DNA from: a bacterium
GTDB lineage: Bacteria; SM23-31
Assembly (NCBI GenBank): GCA_965249485.1
Contig: OZ252239.1
Span: 2,176,001 to 2,240,000 of the forward strand
Length of the DNA stretch: 64,000 bases
Direction: 5' to 3'
Each line of letters opens with the position of its first letter. Position 1 is the stretch's first letter. Shown one piece after another: positions 29,130 to 39,500 of this stretch. A program made the translations under genes and the position numbers. Under the pieces are notes generated by a model. The model was not told the origin of the DNA. It made no database searches and worked only from the letters and a program-made list of their open reading frames with translations.

Positions 29130-30428
29130 ATGAAAAATCGGTTTGCCGCTATAGCTGCAATCGTAATAGTGGAACTATTACTGCTGATAGGAATAACATC
29201 TACAACAGTATTCGCACAAAGTAATGAAAATGGGACAGCGAAGCGTGATTTGGCTTTAAAAGTCTTTCTCGATAGATTCAGACGATATGACGATTTCTTA
29301 ATTCAGAATATCCCGTATGTTAATTTTGTAAGAGATACGCGTCAGGCAGAACTCTATGTACTCATGACGAGTCAGGATACCGGTGGTGGTACTGAATACA
29401 CCCTGACATTTATCGGTCAGGAAACCTACTCGGGTCAAAACGATACTCTGACCTATTTTTCCGATCAGAATAATACTGATGATGAAAACCGTTCAAACAT
29501 ACTCAAAAAGGTTCAATTGGGTATGCTGTCTTATGTGTCAAATACACCTTTTGCTGAAGATTTAGTGATATCCTTTGAGCCTGAGACTGATGAGCAGGTA
29601 CTAGAAGTTAAAGAAGACAAATGGAATTACTGGGTCTTCAGAATTAATGCCAGTGCTGATATCTCCAGTGAAGAGTCTAGGAAACGGTATGAATTGGAGG
29701 GAAATATATCGGCAAACAGGATTACTGAGGACTGGAAATTTCGTCTTAATTATAATCCGGAATATAATGAAAGTGAAGACAAAACCGAAGATGAGGTGTT
29801 CAGATCATTTACTCGTGAGAACGATTTTCGTGGTCTCTTTGTTAAGAGCGTCAACGATCACTGGTCGGTCGGTCTCAATACTGAAGTGATATCCGATACA
29901 AGAATCAATACACGATATTCACTTGGAGCAGCACCTGCTATAGAATACAACATTTTCCCATACGAATTGTCAACGAGAAAACAATTCCGGTTTCTTTACA
30001 GTCTCTGGGCAAAAACGGTAGATTACCGCGCTGAAACAATATTTAATAAAGATAACGAAACTCTTTATTTTACTACCTTATCAATAGATGCAGAAATGTT
30101 TGAGAGGTGGGGTACTTTTGAAACGAGACTAGAGGGGACACTTTTTCTCCATGACGTCAGTTTTAATAAAGTGGACTGGTTTACCTCATTGAACATCAGA
30201 CTTTATGAAGGACTGTCGCTACGGTTGTTCGGAAATGTTGCACTGATACATGACCAGTTATTCATTTCCAAAGAGGATATTCCCATTGAAGATATATTGC
30301 TCCGGAGAAAGCAGCTCAAAACAAATTGGGAATATAGCACTTCCATCGGTCTTACCTATACTTTCGGATCACCATACAACAATATCGTCAATCCCCGGTT
30401 TGGGGACAGAGATGGCGGTCGGCGCTGA
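29130..30428 (+). CDS. Exported hypothetical protein, probable outer-membrane beta-barrel with N-terminal periplasmic domain
   Basis: Signal peptide; DKWNYWVF..., amphipathic strands and C-terminal YTFGS.YNNIVNPRF. Confidence 0.55.
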   Translation: MKNRFAAIAAIVIVELLLLIGITSTTVFAQSNENGTAKRDLALKVFLDRFRRYDDFLIQNIPYVNFVRDTRQAELYVLMTSQDTGGGTEYTLTFIGQETYSGQNDTLTYFSDQNNTDDENRSNILKKVQLGMLSYVSNTPFAEDLVISFEPETDEQVLEVKEDKWNYWVFRINASADISSEESRKRYELEGNISANRITEDWKFRLNYNPEYNESEDKTEDEVFRSFTRENDFRGLFVKSVNDHWSVGLNTEVISDTRINTRYSLGAAPAIEYNIFPYELSTRKQFRFLYSLWAKTVDYRAETIFNKDNETLYFTTLSIDAEMFERWGTFETRLEGTLFLHDVSFNKVDWFTSLNIRLYEGLSLRLFGNVALIHDQLFISKEDIPIEDILLRRKQLKTNWEYSTSIGLTYTFGSPYNNIVNPRFGDRDGGRR

Positions 30429-30492
30429 TTCTCTCAAATTTAGTTAACGTTTCAAATGTTGTGTTTCTAGATTTATCGGGTACGTAGAATAT

Positions 30493-31254
30493 TTATGGAA
30501 ATTCTTTCGCCTCATTCCATAGTATATCCATCTCTTCGAGCGAAGCATCTTTTACTGAACTGCCATGCTCTTTGAGGGTTTTCTCAACATATTTAAAACG
30601 GCTTTCAAACTTTCTGATTGTTTTTCGAAGAGCATCTTCCGGATTGACCTCAATCTTTCTTGAAAAGTTAACAAGGGAAAACAGAAAATCGCCGAGTTCT
30701 TCTTCGATGGCTGCAGGTGATTCGTTCGATTTGATTGCCTCGTGAAACTCCTGAAGTTCTTCATCAATTTTTGCGACAACGTCATCCGGATTATCCCAGT
30801 CAAAACCTACACGTTCTGCTTTGCTCTGGATGCGGTAAGCTTTGATAAGAGCCGGAAGGTGTTTGGGGACACCGTCGAGTACAGATTTCTTTTTTCCTTC
30901 TTTCATCTTAATGTGTTCCCAATTTTGCAGTACCTCTTCCGTATTGTTTACCTTAGTATCACCGAATACATGTGGATGACGCTGAATAAGTTTATCCGCT
31001 ATAGCATTACAAACATCGGATATGGAGAATTTCTGCCGTTCTTCCGCAAGGAGAGAATGGAAGAGTACCTGACATAGGACATCGCCAAGTTCTTCGACCA
31101 AATTGTTGTCATTTTGAGTGTCAATTGCATCTATAACTTCGTAGGTCTCTTCGATAAAATATTGCCGGATCGATTCGTGTGTCTGCTTTCTGTCCCAGGG
31201 GCACTCAACCTTTACCCGGCGCATCACTTCAATGAGCCTGTCAAATTCTTTCAT
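30493..31254 (-). CDS. mazG: Nucleoside triphosphate pyrophosphohydrolase MazG
   Basis: CPWDRKQT, EETYE, EELGD (twice), RHPHVFG and GFDW. Confidence 0.95.
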   Translation of the reverse strand: MKEFDRLIEVMRRVKVECPWDRKQTHESIRQYFIEETYEVIDAIDTQNDNNLVEELGDVLCQVLFHSLLAEERQKFSISDVCNAIADKLIQRHPHVFGDTKVNNTEEVLQNWEHIKMKEGKKKSVLDGVPKHLPALIKAYRIQSKAERVGFDWDNPDDVVAKIDEELQEFHEAIKSNESPAAIEEELGDFLFSLVNFSRKIEVNPEDALRKTIRKFESRFKYVEKTLKEHGSSVKDASLEEMDILWNEAKEFP

Positions 31255-31574
31255 AGATTATCCTATTTATTCTAGTGAAAATATACCGTTTCCACGTGTA
31301 GAGTTCATATGATAAATGATTAGTGAACAAGCAACAAATGGTAAAAATAGTTCTGTTAAAACACGTGGAAATTAGTATATTACTCCTAGAAAAACAATAG
31401 TAAAGTAGGTTTGATTATTGTAATTTTAAAAATATTATGTCTATAGAGAAACTTTTATAGGTTTTCACAGTATAAGTGTTTAAAAAATAAACATTTGAGA
31501 AACACAAAATTTCCAACTCGCCTATAATCGCCGTGGTAATCAGCAAAAATCAATTTTCTATCTTTAGAGATACG

Positions 31575-34500
31575 ATGAAACATTGTTTTCGTATTGTCAT
31601 CGCATTGATATGTATAACAGTTATTTTCAATCAGATTGTCTATGCTCAGAATGCAGTACAGGAAAGAAATGACTATCTTGTTGCGGTTACCGAAATGGAT
31701 GACGGCTTATACCAATCTGCCGAAATCAGCCTCAGAAGATTTCTCTCACGGTATGCCTCGAGTGAATTACGTGAGGAAGTCCTCTTCAGACTGGGACAGG
31801 TTGAGTTTTTTCTCGAAAAATATGAAGAGTCAAGAAAGTTTTTTAAGGAGTTTGAGATTTCATTCCCGTTCAGTGATTTTAAAGACCGGGCATACATAAT
31901 CATTGGCCATTCGTATTATAATGAGAAGGACTACGCGAATGCAGTGCAGTCTTTTTTAGAAGTTATAGAAAAATATCCCGAAAGCGACCAGATTGCAGAG
32001 GCGCATTACTGGGCGGGTGAGAGCTTTTTTGCTATGCAGGACTTTTCTGCGGCAGCAAGCCAATACCGTGCAGTGATAAATGACGAGCAGGGTTCGGCGT
32101 CCCGTGAGTATGCATATTACTCGCTCGGCTGGACAATGCTTGAGATGAAGAATTATCCCGAGACAATTGATGCTTTTGAAACACTGATCTCCGAATTTCC
32201 TCAAAGTGCACTTGTTCCTGAATCAATATTTAAACTTGGTGAAGCTTATTATTTTGATAAGCAATATATGAAGGCTGTCAATAATTTGACTGGTATCATC
32301 GAGCACGACGCTAACCGGGATTATAAAGCTGCCGGACTTTATTTCATCGGTGATTCATATTATATCCAGGGTAACTATGATGATGCCAGAGCCTATCTGA
32401 TCCGGGTTATTGAAGAGTTCAGGGATTCCCGGTTTGCAAGTGAAGCTTCAATTGCATTAGGGTTGATCTATATGCAAGAGGAAAATTTTACAGAAGCTGC
32501 TCTGGTATTTCAGCAGCTTGTGGAAAGCGGTGCCGGACAATCAAACGATTATGCTCAATATCTTTGGGGAATAGCACTTAGGAAATCGGGAGAGATGCAA
32601 AGCGGTACAGAAGTATTATCGAATCTGATAGAAAATATCCCGGACAGTAGATTCCTCGACAAAGCTCTTTATGAAATCGGCAGCGATTATTTTGATGCAG
32701 GAAATTATCAGGATTCGTATGTGCGATTTAGAAGGATCATTGATAATTATCCTGAAAGCGAGATATTCACTCAGGCAAAGAAAATGACCGGTGAATCGCT
32801 TCGAGAAATGGGGAGGTATGTCGACGCCGAACCGATTTATCGTGAGCTTTTAGCAGTTTCGGATAAATCGATTTCTTCCTGGAGCCACTATCAACTCGGC
32901 TGGTGCCAGTATAAGGGTGAAAACTATGATGTGGCTTTAGAAACCCTTTCTGCATTCATAAAAGAATATCCGGATCATGAACTTGCAGATGACGGTCTTT
33001 TCATAATTGGCGAGATTCATTATACGACCGGGAACTATTCAGATGCGATTATTGCAACGACCAATTTAATGCTGGGACACAGTGACTCTTATAAAAGGCT
33101 CGATGCTCTCTATACTCGGGCATACTCCAAGTTTTTACTCAATAATTATGAAGAATCTGCAAAGGATTTTTCCGCTGTATTACAGCAATATCCGAACAGT
33201 CGCTATGAATTGAGTTCTACTTTCAGACTTGCAGACAGCAGATACATGGTTAAACAATATAATGATGCCCTACTTCTTTACAAAAGAGTGTCAACAACTG
33301 CCAATGATTTAGGAGAAAAACTGCTTGCGCAATATCAAGAAGCCCAAACACTCATGCGTCTTGACAGATTTGAAGAATCTGTAAATGTGTTTCGTGCTCT
33401 CTTTACCAACACACCAGATTCGCAATATGCTGATGATGCATATTATTATATGGCAAGCATGATTTCAAATCAGATGAATAACAATGAACAGGCATTGCAA
33501 GAGTTTAGGACATTTATTGGGAGATATCCCGAGTCGGAATTCATCGATGATGCATACTTTGAGATTGGTAATATCTATTATAATCAGCAAAATTATATCG
33601 AATCAATCCAAAATTATACAAATATTCTTGATCTCTTTCCTGAAAGTAATCTTTTAGGTGATGCTCTTGTCGGTATTCAAGATAGCTATAAAATCCTTGG
33701 AGAACTTGATAAAGCGGTGGAAGTTGCTGAATCGTTTGTTGCTCGGAACACTGAAAATGCCCAAGCAGATAATTTGCTGCTGAATAATGCCGATTTTTAT
33801 CTCGCTGCGGAAGAATACGGTAAAGCAATTACCCAATATGAAAAACTGATTATCAGTTTTCCTCAGAGTGAGCTTGTTCCGAATGCCAATTTCGGAATCG
33901 GAACTGCGACACTGCGTTCTGGAAATGAACTGGGGGCAATTGAGCATTTCTGGCGAATTGGACAGCAATATCCGAATAATACATTGGCTCCCAGATCACT
34001 TTTAGAGATTGGAGCGATCTACTACAATAATGACAACTACGAGCAGGCAGAAAGGATATATCAACAGGTAAGAAAAAACTATCCAATATCAACAGAAGTT
34101 GGGAAAGCACTACTTGAGCTTGCTAAAACGCAGGAAGAACTTCAATTAAATGACCGGGCAGGAGCGAATTATAATGAAGTTATAACGCAGTATTCCGATA
34201 ATGTTATCGCTGATGAAGCGCGAATCAATTATGGAAAGCTGCTCATGAATCAGGGTTCTTATGATCAGGCACTGTCACTTTTTGACCAGGTTATTGCACG
34301 GCGCACCAATGAACTTGCAGCAGAAGCACAATATTATACCGGACAGGTATATAGCCTTCAAGGCGATTTTCAATCGGCATATGAGAAACTGAGTGCAGTA
34401 CGAGTATTATATCCAGCATATGACATTTGGGTAACCCGGGCAACGCTCGATGCGGCGAAAAGCAAAATAGAACTGCAACACTTTTCAGATGCAGAACGTC

Positions 34501-34583
34501 TCTTTCAAATTGTGCTCGAACGGCATCCTGAAGATGATTATGGCCGACAAGCACGTGAAGGTCTTGACCGGATACCGGAATAA
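31575..34583 (+). CDS. Large periplasmic TPR-repeat protein (BamD/CpoB-like repeats)
   Basis: Signal peptide (...VYAQ) followed by more than 20 repeats of 'YP.S....A.Y..G..YY....Y..A...F'. Confidence 0.85.
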   Translation: MKHCFRIVIALICITVIFNQIVYAQNAVQERNDYLVAVTEMDDGLYQSAEISLRRFLSRYASSELREEVLFRLGQVEFFLEKYEESRKFFKEFEISFPFSDFKDRAYIIIGHSYYNEKDYANAVQSFLEVIEKYPESDQIAEAHYWAGESFFAMQDFSAAASQYRAVINDEQGSASREYAYYSLGWTMLEMKNYPETIDAFETLISEFPQSALVPESIFKLGEAYYFDKQYMKAVNNLTGIIEHDANRDYKAAGLYFIGDSYYIQGNYDDARAYLIRVIEEFRDSRFASEASIALGLIYMQEENFTEAALVFQQLVESGAGQSNDYAQYLWGIALRKSGEMQSGTEVLSNLIENIPDSRFLDKALYEIGSDYFDAGNYQDSYVRFRRIIDNYPESEIFTQAKKMTGESLREMGRYVDAEPIYRELLAVSDKSISSWSHYQLGWCQYKGENYDVALETLSAFIKEYPDHELADDGLFIIGEIHYTTGNYSDAIIATTNLMLGHSDSYKRLDALYTRAYSKFLLNNYEESAKDFSAVLQQYPNSRYELSSTFRLADSRYMVKQYNDALLLYKRVSTTANDLGEKLLAQYQEAQTLMRLDRFEESVNVFRALFTNTPDSQYADDAYYYMASMISNQMNNNEQALQEFRTFIGRYPESEFIDDAYFEIGNIYYNQQNYIESIQNYTNILDLFPESNLLGDALVGIQDSYKILGELDKAVEVAESFVARNTENAQADNLLLNNADFYLAAEEYGKAITQYEKLIISFPQSELVPNANFGIGTATLRSGNELGAIEHFWRIGQQYPNNTLAPRSLLEIGAIYYNNDNYEQAERIYQQVRKNYPISTEVGKALLELAKTQEELQLNDRAGANYNEVITQYSDNVIADEARINYGKLLMNQGSYDQALSLFDQVIARRTNELAAEAQYYTGQVYSLQGDFQSAYEKLSAVRVLYPAYDIWVTRATLDAAKSKIELQHFSDAERLFQIVLERHPEDDYGRQAREGLDRIPE

Positions 34584-34628
34584 AGGAACAACATAATTCA
34601 ATTTTTGGATGGGGTGAGGATTCAAGAA

Positions 34629-36410
34629 ATGAAAATGATACGCAATATGAGCTTGTTGGTAATGATGATTTGTATTATTCAAATCAACAATGCCTTTGCG
34701 CAAAAACGAGTGCCGACTCCGCAGGGTCTAACAAGGCCGGACAGTACCACTGTTCAGGAACAGCAGCCGGATCAATCATCTCCGTTGCCATCGCTTGATC
34801 TTAAAGAATACACAATTCTTGGCAAGGAAAAAATTCAAGTACTTCCCTCTCAACGGACAGATGTCGAACTGCAGGATGTGACTGCGCGGGAGAGATTAGC
34901 AGAAATTGAAAATAGAGAAGCATATAATCCTCCAGGCGCAGGAGGGGATAAGTCCAAAGGATTATTTGATGCTCCTTTGGCTGGAGTAGTAAATGAAGTT
35001 TACGGTTCATTCGGTAAGTATACCGACATTAATGCCGGCCTGAAAATGAGAAAACAATTCAGAGACGAGGAGTTTTTCGGAGATATAGATTTTAGAAAAA
35101 GTAATGGGCATATTAATAACGCTGAATATTCTGATTGGACTGGTTCAATAGCAAATATTCACAATTATTCCGAGAATCTACAGAACAGAACAGAAGTAAA
35201 ACTCAACGCTCATGAATACAGATTCTTTGGGTCGCCAGTTTTGCCTGAAAGAGAAAAAAAAGGATATGTCCTTGATGGCGCTTCTTTACTTCAGATTTCG
35301 AAATTTGATCCCGTTGATATACGAATAGAGATTGGAGGCAGATATAACAATCCTGATGAGACCAAGCTATTCAATTGGGACGCATGGTCCCGGCTCAACT
35401 TTGATGCTGTAGTACATTCGACATTAATCAGTGGATTAGTTGAACACAGTACCGACAGGATAAAAGATGGAGCTCAGGATAACGCTCCGCTGAATGAATT
35501 AAATTATACGAAAGCGCAGGTAACTATTGCCCGGTTGATATCACCGCGATTGCATGTGCGCGTTGGCGGTACTTATTTCAATTACAGGAGTGAAAGTGCT
35601 GATCCCGCATTTGAAATTTTTGAAGATAACACTATTATATTCACGGAGAGGGTTCTTGTTGAAAGAAAGGACAATAAATTTTACCCGCTGGCTTCATTAA
35701 CTTATGATTTAGAAGAAGCGGGTAGATTTTTTGTGGAATTTGAACCAAGTGTTGCGACTACTTCGCTTGTTGATAAATTAAATTTCAATCCTTATCTCGA
35801 TATCAGTACTCCTTTGTCCCATGAAGTCACTACGCAAAATTTTAAAGTGGGTTGGCGCCGCTCATATGCATACGATCTGGCGTTTGAATTAATCTATAAT
35901 GACAGGCGGCTTGAGAATTACGGATTTCTTGTGGAGAACGGGCTTGGACTGAGTCTCCAGCCGGATGGGCAATGGACCTACTTGTATGATAACAAAATCG
36001 ATATTAATGAGTACAGTGGACTGGTAAACTGGAATCCAAATCCCAGATTCAATGCTTTGTTGTCAGCCCGGCTGATGGACATTACGATTGTTGAGAGTCA
36101 ATTCCCCGATAACGTACCATACCTTCCCGAAGTAGTTTTTGATTATTCCATGCAGTATACTCCCGGTTATGGATTTCAATTCATTGTCGACGGTCAATAT
36201 GTCGGAAAACGGTACGCACATCCAATCAATTATGACAATACTAAATTAGACGGATACTTTATTGCTAATGTAACAATCAGTAAACGGTGGAGTAAATTGC
36301 TGGGGAGTTATCTGTATTTTGCTAACTTGCTTAATGAAGATTATGAAATCTGGAGAGATTATCAGGCTCCCGATTTTAACGGTCGAGCTGGATTGCGGTT
36401 ATTCTGGTAA
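34629..36410 (+). CDS. TonB-dependent-receptor-like outer-membrane barrel protein
   Basis: Signal peptide (AFAQ); C-terminal TBDR-type strands 'GQYVGKRY...LDGYF..N......ANLLNEDY...GRAGLRLFW'; upstream of exbBD-tonB. Confidence 0.7.
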   Translation: MKMIRNMSLLVMMICIIQINNAFAQKRVPTPQGLTRPDSTTVQEQQPDQSSPLPSLDLKEYTILGKEKIQVLPSQRTDVELQDVTARERLAEIENREAYNPPGAGGDKSKGLFDAPLAGVVNEVYGSFGKYTDINAGLKMRKQFRDEEFFGDIDFRKSNGHINNAEYSDWTGSIANIHNYSENLQNRTEVKLNAHEYRFFGSPVLPEREKKGYVLDGASLLQISKFDPVDIRIEIGGRYNNPDETKLFNWDAWSRLNFDAVVHSTLISGLVEHSTDRIKDGAQDNAPLNELNYTKAQVTIARLISPRLHVRVGGTYFNYRSESADPAFEIFEDNTIIFTERVLVERKDNKFYPLASLTYDLEEAGRFFVEFEPSVATTSLVDKLNFNPYLDISTPLSHEVTTQNFKVGWRRSYAYDLAFELIYNDRRLENYGFLVENGLGLSLQPDGQWTYLYDNKIDINEYSGLVNWNPNPRFNALLSARLMDITIVESQFPDNVPYLPEVVFDYSMQYTPGYGFQFIVDGQYVGKRYAHPINYDNTKLDGYFIANVTISKRWSKLLGSYLYFANLLNEDYEIWRDYQAPDFNGRAGLRLFW

Positions 36411-36481
36411 CACCAGTAACATAGATATTCATTTCAATTGACACACTAAAATCCCTTGACCATATTCTGTAAGGAGATCAA

Positions 36482-37120
36482 ATGAATCTGGTGGAAATTA
36501 TTGCAAAAGGCGGCTGGCTGATGGTTCCGATCATTCTCTGCTCGCTCATCGCCGCTTTCGTTATTGTAAACCGGTTTTTGGTGCTACAAAAATCGAAATC
36601 GAATACGAATCAGCTTATTATGAAGATTAAGTCTCTCGTGCTTAAAGGCGCTAAAAAAGAGGCGATTGATCTCTGTTCAAATACATCCGGTCCGGCTGCG
36701 TATGTGCTGAAAGAGGGATTGATCAGATCGGAAAAAAGTAAAGAAGAAATTCAGAGTGCAATCGAGTCTGCGGGAAAAGAACAAATTTATTATCTTGAGC
36801 GGCATCTTGGAATATTGGCAACAATTGCTGGAGTTGCACCGCTCATCGGCTTTCTCGGTACGGTAACCGGGATGATTGAAGCTTTTATGGAAATCGAACG
36901 TCTTAGCGGAAATGTCAATGCGACTGTTCTTGCGGGAGGAATCTGGGTAGCCCTGATGACAACAGCTGCTGGTCTCATCGTTGGTATCCCGACCTATATT
37001 TTTTATAATTATCTCGTAAGCAGGGTTGGACGAATTGTCTTCGATATTGAAGGAAGTTCAAATGAACTTCTTGAACTGTTAAGCGATGAAAAAGTCCCGG
37101 CAAGAACATTTGGAGATTAA
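36482..37120 (+). CDS. exbB: MotA/TolQ/ExbB proton channel protein
   Basis: GGWLMVPI, APLIGFLGTVTGMI and ALMTTAAGL.VGIP. Confidence 0.9.
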   Translation: MNLVEIIAKGGWLMVPIILCSLIAAFVIVNRFLVLQKSKSNTNQLIMKIKSLVLKGAKKEAIDLCSNTSGPAAYVLKEGLIRSEKSKEEIQSAIESAGKEQIYYLERHLGILATIAGVAPLIGFLGTVTGMIEAFMEIERLSGNVNATVLAGGIWVALMTTAAGLIVGIPTYIFYNYLVSRVGRIVFDIEGSSNELLELLSDEKVPARTFGD

Positions 37121-37124
37121 AGCT

Positions 37125-37529
37125 ATGAAATTTAAGACCGAAAGTAAATTGCTGGACACATTTTCATTTTCTTCTCTGACAGATATTGTTCTTCTCCTGC
37201 TGATATTTTTTCTTCTGTCGTCAACATTCATAGTACAACCGGGGATCAAAGTGCAATTACCGAAAGCGGAGAGTTCTGAAGAAGTGCTCGACAAAAGCAT
37301 AATTGTAACAATTGCCCCTAACGGTATGTATTACATCAATGATATGCAGGTAGTCATCTCTGAATTGGGAGCCAGATTAAATTCTATGGTGCGTGAATTT
37401 CCCAGCGAGATGGTAATAATTAAAGCCGATGAGTCAATTTCGACAGGCAGATTAGTAGAGGTGATGGATATTTGCCTGAAAGCAGGGCTGAGCAGATTTT
37501 CAATCGCCACGGAGCCTTTCTATGGATAA
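37125..37529 (+). CDS. exbD: ExbD/TolR biopolymer transport protein
   Basis: SLTDIVLLLLIFFLL, V.LPKA and IKAD......V.VMD....AG. Confidence 0.9.
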   Translation: MKFKTESKLLDTFSFSSLTDIVLLLLIFFLLSSTFIVQPGIKVQLPKAESSEEVLDKSIIVTIAPNGMYYINDMQVVISELGARLNSMVREFPSEMVIIKADESISTGRLVEVMDICLKAGLSRFSIATEPFYG

Positions 37530-38319
37530 GGATATAGGTCACAAAAAACTCTCGGCGGCCTCATGGATAGCATCGATCCTTTTTCACGTGATCCTGGGAC
37601 TGGCATTTCTTGCAGTGACTATTGATATGTCACCGATTATTCCTGAATTTGCGGAATTGACAATCACACGAATTGCTGCTGTCGAAAACAACCGAATCAT
37701 ACCGGATGTACCATCAGATTTTACAACACTACCGGCACCTGCCCCTGCCCAGGGAAGAAATACCCGGGTAGTTGATATTCCCACAAGGCGCATGACCGAA
37801 TTGGAACAGGAGACTATTCCCCTTACACGACAGGATAAAATTCAGGTTGAGGAATCCCAGATTGCCGGAGCAGAAAAGATTGATCCAATCCGGGGGATTA
37901 CTCGTGAGCCGGGTACAAGCGCAGCTCCAGCGGCTATAACGGATCGCCGGCAGGCAGGAGCAGGAAATATAGATATTGGCCAGAAAACCTTATCACCCTT
38001 ATCTTCCGAAGGAGTTGTCGGTGATATTCCATATTCTGTTCCATACGAAATTACTTGGGAAGGCGGCGTGAGAGAGATTTTAGCAGAAATGCTCCCGAGC
38101 TTCCCGGAAAACATAGCAAAAGAGGTCACTCTGACGTTTCGGATAGCTGTTCTTCCGGACGGCTCGGTTCAGGAAATTACCACCCTCAAAAAGGGTGAAG
38201 CAACGCTTGAATCAGTAACGCGTCAGGCGCTCAAGCAATGGCTCTTTAATCCTCTTGAACAAAGTGCTCCAAAGGAGACTCAATTCGGCACAATTACCAT
38301 CAGGTTTGTGTTACAATAA
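37522..38319 (+). CDS. tonB: Energy transducer TonB
   Basis: TM anchor with SxxxH (SILFH), Pro-rich linker and TonB C-terminal domain (V.PDGSV...ALKQW.F.P). Confidence 0.8.
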   Translation: MDKDIGHKKLSAASWIASILFHVILGLAFLAVTIDMSPIIPEFAELTITRIAAVENNRIIPDVPSDFTTLPAPAPAQGRNTRVVDIPTRRMTELEQETIPLTRQDKIQVEESQIAGAEKIDPIRGITREPGTSAAPAAITDRRQAGAGNIDIGQKTLSPLSSEGVVGDIPYSVPYEITWEGGVREILAEMLPSFPENIAKEVTLTFRIAVLPDGSVQEITTLKKGEATLESVTRQALKQWLFNPLEQSAPKETQFGTITIRFVLQ

Positions 38320-38370
38320 CATATTTATTAATTGTGAATGTATTTCTGTTAATTGCAATGAAAGATACCA

Positions 38371-39408
38371 ATGTCTAAATTTATAAATAATCTAGTTTCT
38401 GCAGGATTGATTTTGGTCTCAATAAATCTGTTTGTTGCGCAAGCTAATGCTCAGAATGGAACTTCCCTTGACGATACCAAAAATTATATCATAGCTGAAG
38501 GGCTCGAATTAGTTTATTCAGCCCACTATGATGAGGCAATACAGTACTTTAAAAAACTTGATGAAATTGATCCCGAGAGTGCCGAAGACATTTTTTTTGA
38601 AGCTTTTGTGCTTGAGTTGATAATGGATGTATACCGATCTCAGGCATTTGATGACAGCCTGACAAATGTTCTTGAGCGGGCATTGACAAAAGCAATTAAC
38701 GCTGTTGAAGTCAATTCATCTGCACGAAATTATATGTTTCTTGGAGGTGTATATGGTGTGCGGGGAGTACGGAAAGGTATTTTGGGTCAATGGTATGGTT
38801 CTGCGCGCGATGGTATGAAAGCGAACGGGAATCTGGAAAAATCGTTAGAACGGGATGATTCACTGTTTGATTGTTATTATGGTATCGGATCCTATCATTA
38901 TTGGAAAACAAAAAAACTGAAAAGGTTTTTTGGTTTTTTTATTTCGGATTTAAGGGATCAAGGTATAGATGAAATAAAACGCTCAATCGAAAATGGGATA
39001 TTTGCAGAAACACCAGGTCAAATGGCACTTTTTAGAATTCATATTGAGGAAAATCGGTATAATGAAGTCATTGAATTAGCGGCACAGGTACTCAAAAGAA
39101 CTCCCAATCATTTGTTCCCGCGGTGGTATCTCGGTATTGCATTGATTCGGACAAAACAGTGGGAACGAGCGCAAGGAAACTACGAAATTCTCAGGAATAA
39201 ACTTAGTGATATCGACTTTCGTGGCATTGAAGCGGATATCGAAGCGCTATATTATTTGGGTCTCAGCTACTACAATCTTGGAAAATGGGAAAAAGCAAAA
39301 GAATTGCTCCAGCAGATTCCTCAGCATGAGGGTAAAGTGAATAAAAACCTTTTTTATTACGGTGATTATATTAAGGAAAGTAAGAAGCTTCTCAAAAAAA
39401 TAGGCTAA
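38371..39408 (+). CDS. Exported TPR-repeat protein
   Basis: Signal peptide (AQANAQ) and TPR-like helices (DCYYGIG.YHYW, ALYYLGLSYYNLGKWEKA). Confidence 0.7.
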   Translation: MSKFINNLVSAGLILVSINLFVAQANAQNGTSLDDTKNYIIAEGLELVYSAHYDEAIQYFKKLDEIDPESAEDIFFEAFVLELIMDVYRSQAFDDSLTNVLERALTKAINAVEVNSSARNYMFLGGVYGVRGVRKGILGQWYGSARDGMKANGNLEKSLERDDSLFDCYYGIGSYHYWKTKKLKRFFGFFISDLRDQGIDEIKRSIENGIFAETPGQMALFRIHIEENRYNEVIELAAQVLKRTPNHLFPRWYLGIALIRTKQWERAQGNYEILRNKLSDIDFRGIEADIEALYYLGLSYYNLGKWEKAKELLQQIPQHEGKVNKNLFYYGDYIKESKKLLKKIG

Positions 39409-39500
39409 TGTTTATAAGTCTGCCCCGCAATATGCACGTTTAGGTGATCGTGTAAATTCAATGCCCCATTTCTTATTTTATTGATAATTTTAGAATATAT

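Noticed and set aside
31289..31371. Two CACGTG-centred sites forming an 11-bp inverted repeat (TTTCCACGTGT / ACACGTGGAAA), considered as parS
   Set aside because: The flanks match TGTTTCACGTGAAACA poorly. It could be an operator in the mazG/TPR divergent promoter, but there is no further support.
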